Assembly (NCBI RefSeq): GCF_009914755.1
Contig: NC_060942.1
Strand: one strand, 5' to 3'
Source of the DNA: the human T2T-CHM13v2.0 reference genome, Homo sapiens
Length of the DNA: 64,000 nt
Under the pieces are notes generated by a model that saw nothing but the letters and a program-made list of their open reading frames with translations, was not told the origin of the DNA and made no database searches. Made by a program: the position numbers and the translations under genes. Below, one piece after another: positions 58,292 through 64,000 of the stretch; positions within the stretch are counted from its first letter, which is position 1; each line of letters opens with the position of its first letter.

Positions 58292-59423
58292 TTAGACCAT
58301 TTTACAATTTCTTTCATCTCCAAGTCTGTAAAAACTAGTTTGTAAAGAGAGATTATATCTTGCATGGCATGCATTACCAATTTCCCAAGAATTAGATGCA
58401 ATAAATATATTTAAGATAAAACATATAAATAACTTAGTCATTCTGACTATTTAAAAATTCTAAAGGAATTTCAGGATCATTACTTTGTATATGAATTTCC
58501 AATATATGGATTTATGGTGCAGAAGTTATAATGAGTGTGTTTCAGTCTTTACTTGTCTAGAATATTGTGAATCCTGGACATTGTTTTCTGAAATGGATCT
58601 GTGGTATCTATGTTTATTTATCATTTGTATATTTATCATTTCTCATTAAATACTAATTTAGCAGATGACAATTTCAATTATTTGAACTCTATTTGATTCT
58701 AGATTTTTATTCATGGTGACAATTATGCATATTCCTTACGCTGTGTGTAGATTTGCCACTTACTTCTGTATCTATACATATTCCTGCAAATAATGCTAGT
58801 TCTTAGAATTTTCCAGTAAGCAAAGATCTTATATATCTTCTACCCAATCCCTATATTTTGCATTATCTTCAACTGCATGTTCGTGTGTATGACATCTGAT
58901 GTATGCTTAGAAACTCTATCTCTATTGGCAATTTTTTTCCTTTTAAAAACATCCCTCTGTCTGCATATGAACATGTCCAAAGTTCTTTGAATTTCAAAAA
59001 TTAAGCCAAAGACAATGAAAATTAAGGTAATTTTTACAGTAAAAACCAAATACAGACATTGTGGCTGGATTTTGCTATTAAATTATTATGCCTATGTAAG
59101 ACCTGGGAGAGGTGGGTAAATCAGAGAGAGTTATCAAGATTCACATCTCAGTTTTTATCTTGATAGATTTACAGATGACTGCTGGCAAGGTGAACTTTAA
59201 AAATGGCATTCCTTTTCTTAGAAAACAAAGATAATACTCAGTACTTAAAGAGATCTTTCAAATGACTGAAATTAATAGATAGTGAGCAGGGAAGTGCTAC
59301 AGTGGTCAAATATCTTTCTACGATCTACATTCCCAGTTTCCTTAAATGTCTTTCAAACACGCACAGTAATGGTGAATATTTTGGATCAGTATAAAATAGA
59401 ATACGGAATAAAAAATTAGTTTA

Positions 59424-59758
<335 letters not shown>

Positions 59759-61589
59759 TCAAAGTATTTTTATTAGTTAGCATTGCCCTCTTTGGATCAT
59801 AAACCATGTAGAAACTGTTGAGTAGGACAATTAAGTATTTGTATCTTTGGACTGTTTCTATTTACATCAATTTTAGAAACTGTAGAAGATAAAAGGTATG
59901 CAATACAAACAAAATTGAAATTATCTGTAGTCCCACCATTTAAAGATAATCTCTAGATTCACATATTTTGAAATGCAGTGCTGGTTTTGAGGAAGACATA
60001 ATTTCTATTAAATAAGATAAAATAATTAAAAGGGAGCATACTATGATTTCTTTAGCCTCGGTTTTATTACTTGTGCCTCACTTTAGTCACAGTATTTTCT
60101 GTTTTTCTTCAAGGTCTTGTAACTTTGTCCACAGAGTCCACAAATTCTAGATAGGGAACATTTTCATTAACTTTCTGCATAAATCCTCTTTAGATTTATT
60201 TTAAGATACAGAGCAGTATTATCCTCTAAGTAATTCATTTTTATATTGTTACACTATTACTCAATGAGAATATTGCACCTGTCAGTCAAAGTGGATAGAA
60301 TAAGTAATGATATTTTGCTATAAGCAAGAGCAGAAATTAATAAAGAAAACTATTGTTTACATGGTACTTGCAATGATTAGTGATGGTTGTAACCTTTCAA
60401 CATGTGCAAAATATTTTGTCTGCCATTTTCCTGAATTATTTGCAATAATTCTTGGTTAATTTTTATTTTTGGCTTAACAGTAAAATTACTGGGAACAAAG
60501 ACATATTAATGCTTAGTTTGAGACTTCATAATGGTAACATAATCTCACTACATTTTGTACATATTGTGCATCTCACAACTTGTAAAGACTTATCACACAT
60601 ATTATATAAGTCTTATGGTAGGATTTCAAACATATATTCAATTTTTAACCCCCATTCTGTACATAAACTAGAATCCAAAAGAAGTAAGGCAAATCAGCTG
60701 GAGTTATTGAGACACAGCTTGGGTTTGTGTGTTTGTGTCTACAAACCTAGGTTTATAACTTCAAGTTCAGTGTAATAGCTGTTATAGAACAGCCACCACT
60801 TTGGAGTATATATAGACAAGTTCAACACAGTCATGTGTACCCTTCAAAGTCAAGATGCTTTCTTTGGTATCTTGGTTTAAAGCTGATACAATCATTCACT
60901 GTACTCAATGCTAAGTTATTTAGATTGCAGACAAAAATGCTACTTAGTGAAATAATTTATGTCACAATAAGGAAGTACTATGCAGATACTTGTCCAGGCC
61001 ACACTGAATTGACACAATTTCATTTTCATTGATGCCAAACACAAATTCACTAACCTCTCCTTTCAAAAAAAAAAAAAAATAGAGCACCTTTCAAAATTTA
61101 CATGACAGTGTCTGGGTAGAATTTTACAAGTTATTTAAATAGTTAAATATCTTTAGTTTAGCATTACCTTTATTTATGGAAGATGATATTTTATTTAACC
61201 TGGCTTTATAAAAGATTATGTTTAAATCAACTTAGTGAAAGGTGAGTTCATTTAAAGAAAACCTAAATACAAAAACTGTACAGATTAATGGGGATCTGAC
61301 AAATCAAAAGGCAGTATGTGTTGACATAGTCATGCCTCACATAGTATGACAGTGTTACCTAAATGCCCAGGCATTGACAGTACTCAACCACAGCACGATC
61401 TTAACTCAAGAGACTGGATTATTTTGTTTGTTTCTTATTTTTGTTGCTTGCTGCTTTAAAGGGGGCTTAAATCAAAATAGATGTATTTAAATTATGTTCC
61501 TTTATTAAAAAACTATTAATTTTTTAAGTTGCCTATATGCCACTCTCTTATTCAAATGTGTACATTTATACATAAAATGTATTACACGT

Positions 61590-61946
61590 TGATGTGGTTT
61601 GGCTGTGTCCCCACCGAAATCTCATTTGAATTGTAGCTCCCATAATCCCCACGTGTCATGGGAGGGACCCGGTGGGAGGTAACTGAATCATGGGAGTGGT
61701 TTCTCCCATGCTGTTCTCGAGATAGTGAGTTCTCACAAAATCTGATGATTTTATAAGGGGCTTCCCCCTTCACTGGGTACTCATTCTGTCTCCTGCCGCC
61801 CTGTGAAGAGGTGCCTTCCGCCATGATTGTAAGTTCCCTGAGGCCTCCCTAGCCATGCAGAACTGTGAGTCAATTAAACCTCTTTCCTTTATAAATTACC
61901 CAGTCTCTGGTATGTTCTTACAGCAGCGTGAGAATGGACTAATACA
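61590..61946 (+). mobile_element. THE1C/D-like solo LTR in DOK6 intron 1, sense orientation
   Basis: TGATGTGGTTTGGCTGTGTCCCC...GGACTAATACA. 5-bp TSD CACGT / CATGT. Confidence 0.95.
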
Positions 61947-62859
61947 CATGTAGAAACGTGTGTAGTAATTTTTTCCTAACGATTTTTCCATTGTAAATAT
62001 GGAATTGCTTTTTTCTGATTACTCACTACCCTTTGGCATGTTTATGTGTGTATGTATATGTGTGTACACACATATATACATATATAATGTGCTATATATT
62101 GAATATGTATGTATTTCCAAATGGCACATTACTACCCATACACATGGAATTGCTATCTTTGCTGAGTGGATAGCAGAATGCACTCCCCACCTCTGCACCA
62201 GAAGAAGATGTTCATAAAATGCTTTTGTAGAATACAAGGAAAGTTTTTAATTCTATAAACCATTTTATGTCTACATTGGTCTTTACTTGGAAAAATAGAT
62301 GCAATATTTGTCTAAAATTGGAAAGTTAGTATTTTTTCCCCAAAACTATAAAAACTATAACTTTAACACCATGGCAACCAGTAAATTTTATATTTATTTT
62401 TGTTTACATAATTCTAGTAAATTTTCTCACATGCTATGCAAAAATAAGAGTAAAATTATACTTTTCACATATGTCTCCTTGCTTTGAAAAATATTCCTTT
62501 TTGTTTAAACTTACTAGCAAATAGGAATACATTTTCCAGAGTGTTTTAAAGACCGTAGGGTAGTTCTGTAGAAAGCATCCATGTCATTTTACTCTTGCTT
62601 TCATAGACTTCACCACATATTTGGAATCCTTAAGTTTTAGCTATATAAGTCTCCTAAACCAAAGTACACCTAGTACCAAGTCATGATACTGAATTTACCT
62701 AGAAGCTACCAATTTTATGTATAAGTATGAAATATACTATTCTAGACATTTAAAACTGGACAATTATTTAGCACTGTGAAGTCCACTCAACACATTCCGT
62801 TGTTTTCTGATATTTTGAATAATTATCTATATTACCTATCCCTTTATTAAAAAACAATC

Positions 62860-63015
62860 ACTGTCAACCACGACTGCATATAGGAGTGACCTGCAGAACT
62901 TGATCCTTCCGCCTGGGCGTTCCTCACTGAATTGGCCTGCCTGGAGTTGAGTGTAGGTTTGCTTTAGAGTTCCCTCAAGTGCTTTTAATGTGACACCAGA
63001 GTTGATAATTGTTGC
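62860..63015. mobile_element. MER5-like hAT-Charlie MITE
   Basis: caacc..gactgca.at.ggagtgacctg at the left end and taatgtg.caccagagttga at the right end, loosely inverted. Confidence 0.5.
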
Positions 63016-64000
63016 CATCAAATGATACTTTTTTAGGAAACAGAGAAAATATGTAACATGCTAGACTCCTCTAAACTGCGAATTACACTGTTGTTAGTGC
63101 GAAGACCTCTGAAATATAAAGTTAATTATCCATTAAATCCTTTATGTAACACTAATTTCCTGACAGTCCATAATGCTTTATAATGTGAACACAGAAGGAA
63201 TACAACAAAAAATTTCTTCGATGTACAGAAATTGACTTCATAAACAATGTAACGAACGTGAGTAAATCCTTTCTGAGGACTTTCCAGGCTCTCTTGATAC
63301 ATGACTGATGCTTCTACCAGCAATGTGGATGCTCTTGAAAGATTTCAATTGTCTAATTTGTGTATTCTCATCTAAGTAATTAAGATACCACGGCTATTTA
63401 AATTGTACTTAATTTAAGACTCACTGAGTTCTGAACAATGCAATCATGATTTTCCCAATGGGAGATTCAGTGCATGAGGCTATATTTTTAAAAAACCAGT
63501 AGCTCAGAGTCAGTTTTGTATTCTTCATAAACCTGGGCTCATGGCTGTGAAAGACAGTTGCTACCCTGCAACACCTTGCTCCTGATATCTATGAGGTTTA
63601 TGTTTTATGTTCTTTTCTTTGTTCTTTGTTTCCTACTTAAAGAGATAGGGCATAGATGGATAGATGGGGGGAGAGAAAATCGAAGCAATATATAGCACAT
63701 ACCTCTCGAGTTCATGCAGATAGTAGGTACCCTTGTGGTTTTTAGAGAAAGTGACCATCAAGCTGACAAGTCGTGAATTAAGAAGTGTTTGTTAAAAAGT
63801 TCTATGCATAAGACACAACATATCCAGGTAACAATATGTGTCTAGATGAGATGAGTGTGGAGTAATGAGAAAAGATCCAGAATAAGGGTGCTTGTAGTGT
63901 TCTAAGAAGCTGGGAAGTTACTGATGTGTTTTACAAGAGGGGTTAAATGTTCATTGTCAAATTAACAAAATTCCTGAGCCTGGGGTGTAGAATAGATTGT

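Overview
This is primate (human-like) genomic DNA, not microbial: it is AT-rich and dense in Alu, L1, L2, MIR and MaLR LTR repeats. The only supportable coding sequence is the first coding exon of DOK6 (53873-53938, +, [22 protein letters not shown], then a GTGAGT donor) inside a large CpG island; in human DOK6 lies at 18q22. About 53 kb is upstream intergenic DNA and about 10 kb is intron 1. Almost all ORFs in the track are repeat-derived or GC-content artefacts. I see no evidence of a new gene system. The best leads are regulatory or structural. (1) A 49-bp tandem duplication 1.8 kb upstream of the ATG, each copy carrying POU-octamer, STAT, nuclear-receptor and TEAD motifs. (2) A sense THE1 solo LTR in intron 1 whose ATG-ATT|GTAAGT could splice in frame to DOK6 exon 2. 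(3) An overlapping uORF. (4) A G4/hairpin switch in the promoter. (5) A pre-miRNA-like hairpin. (6) A template-switch scar in an L1. Repeat subfamily names are by eye and their boundaries are approximate unless TSDs are quoted.
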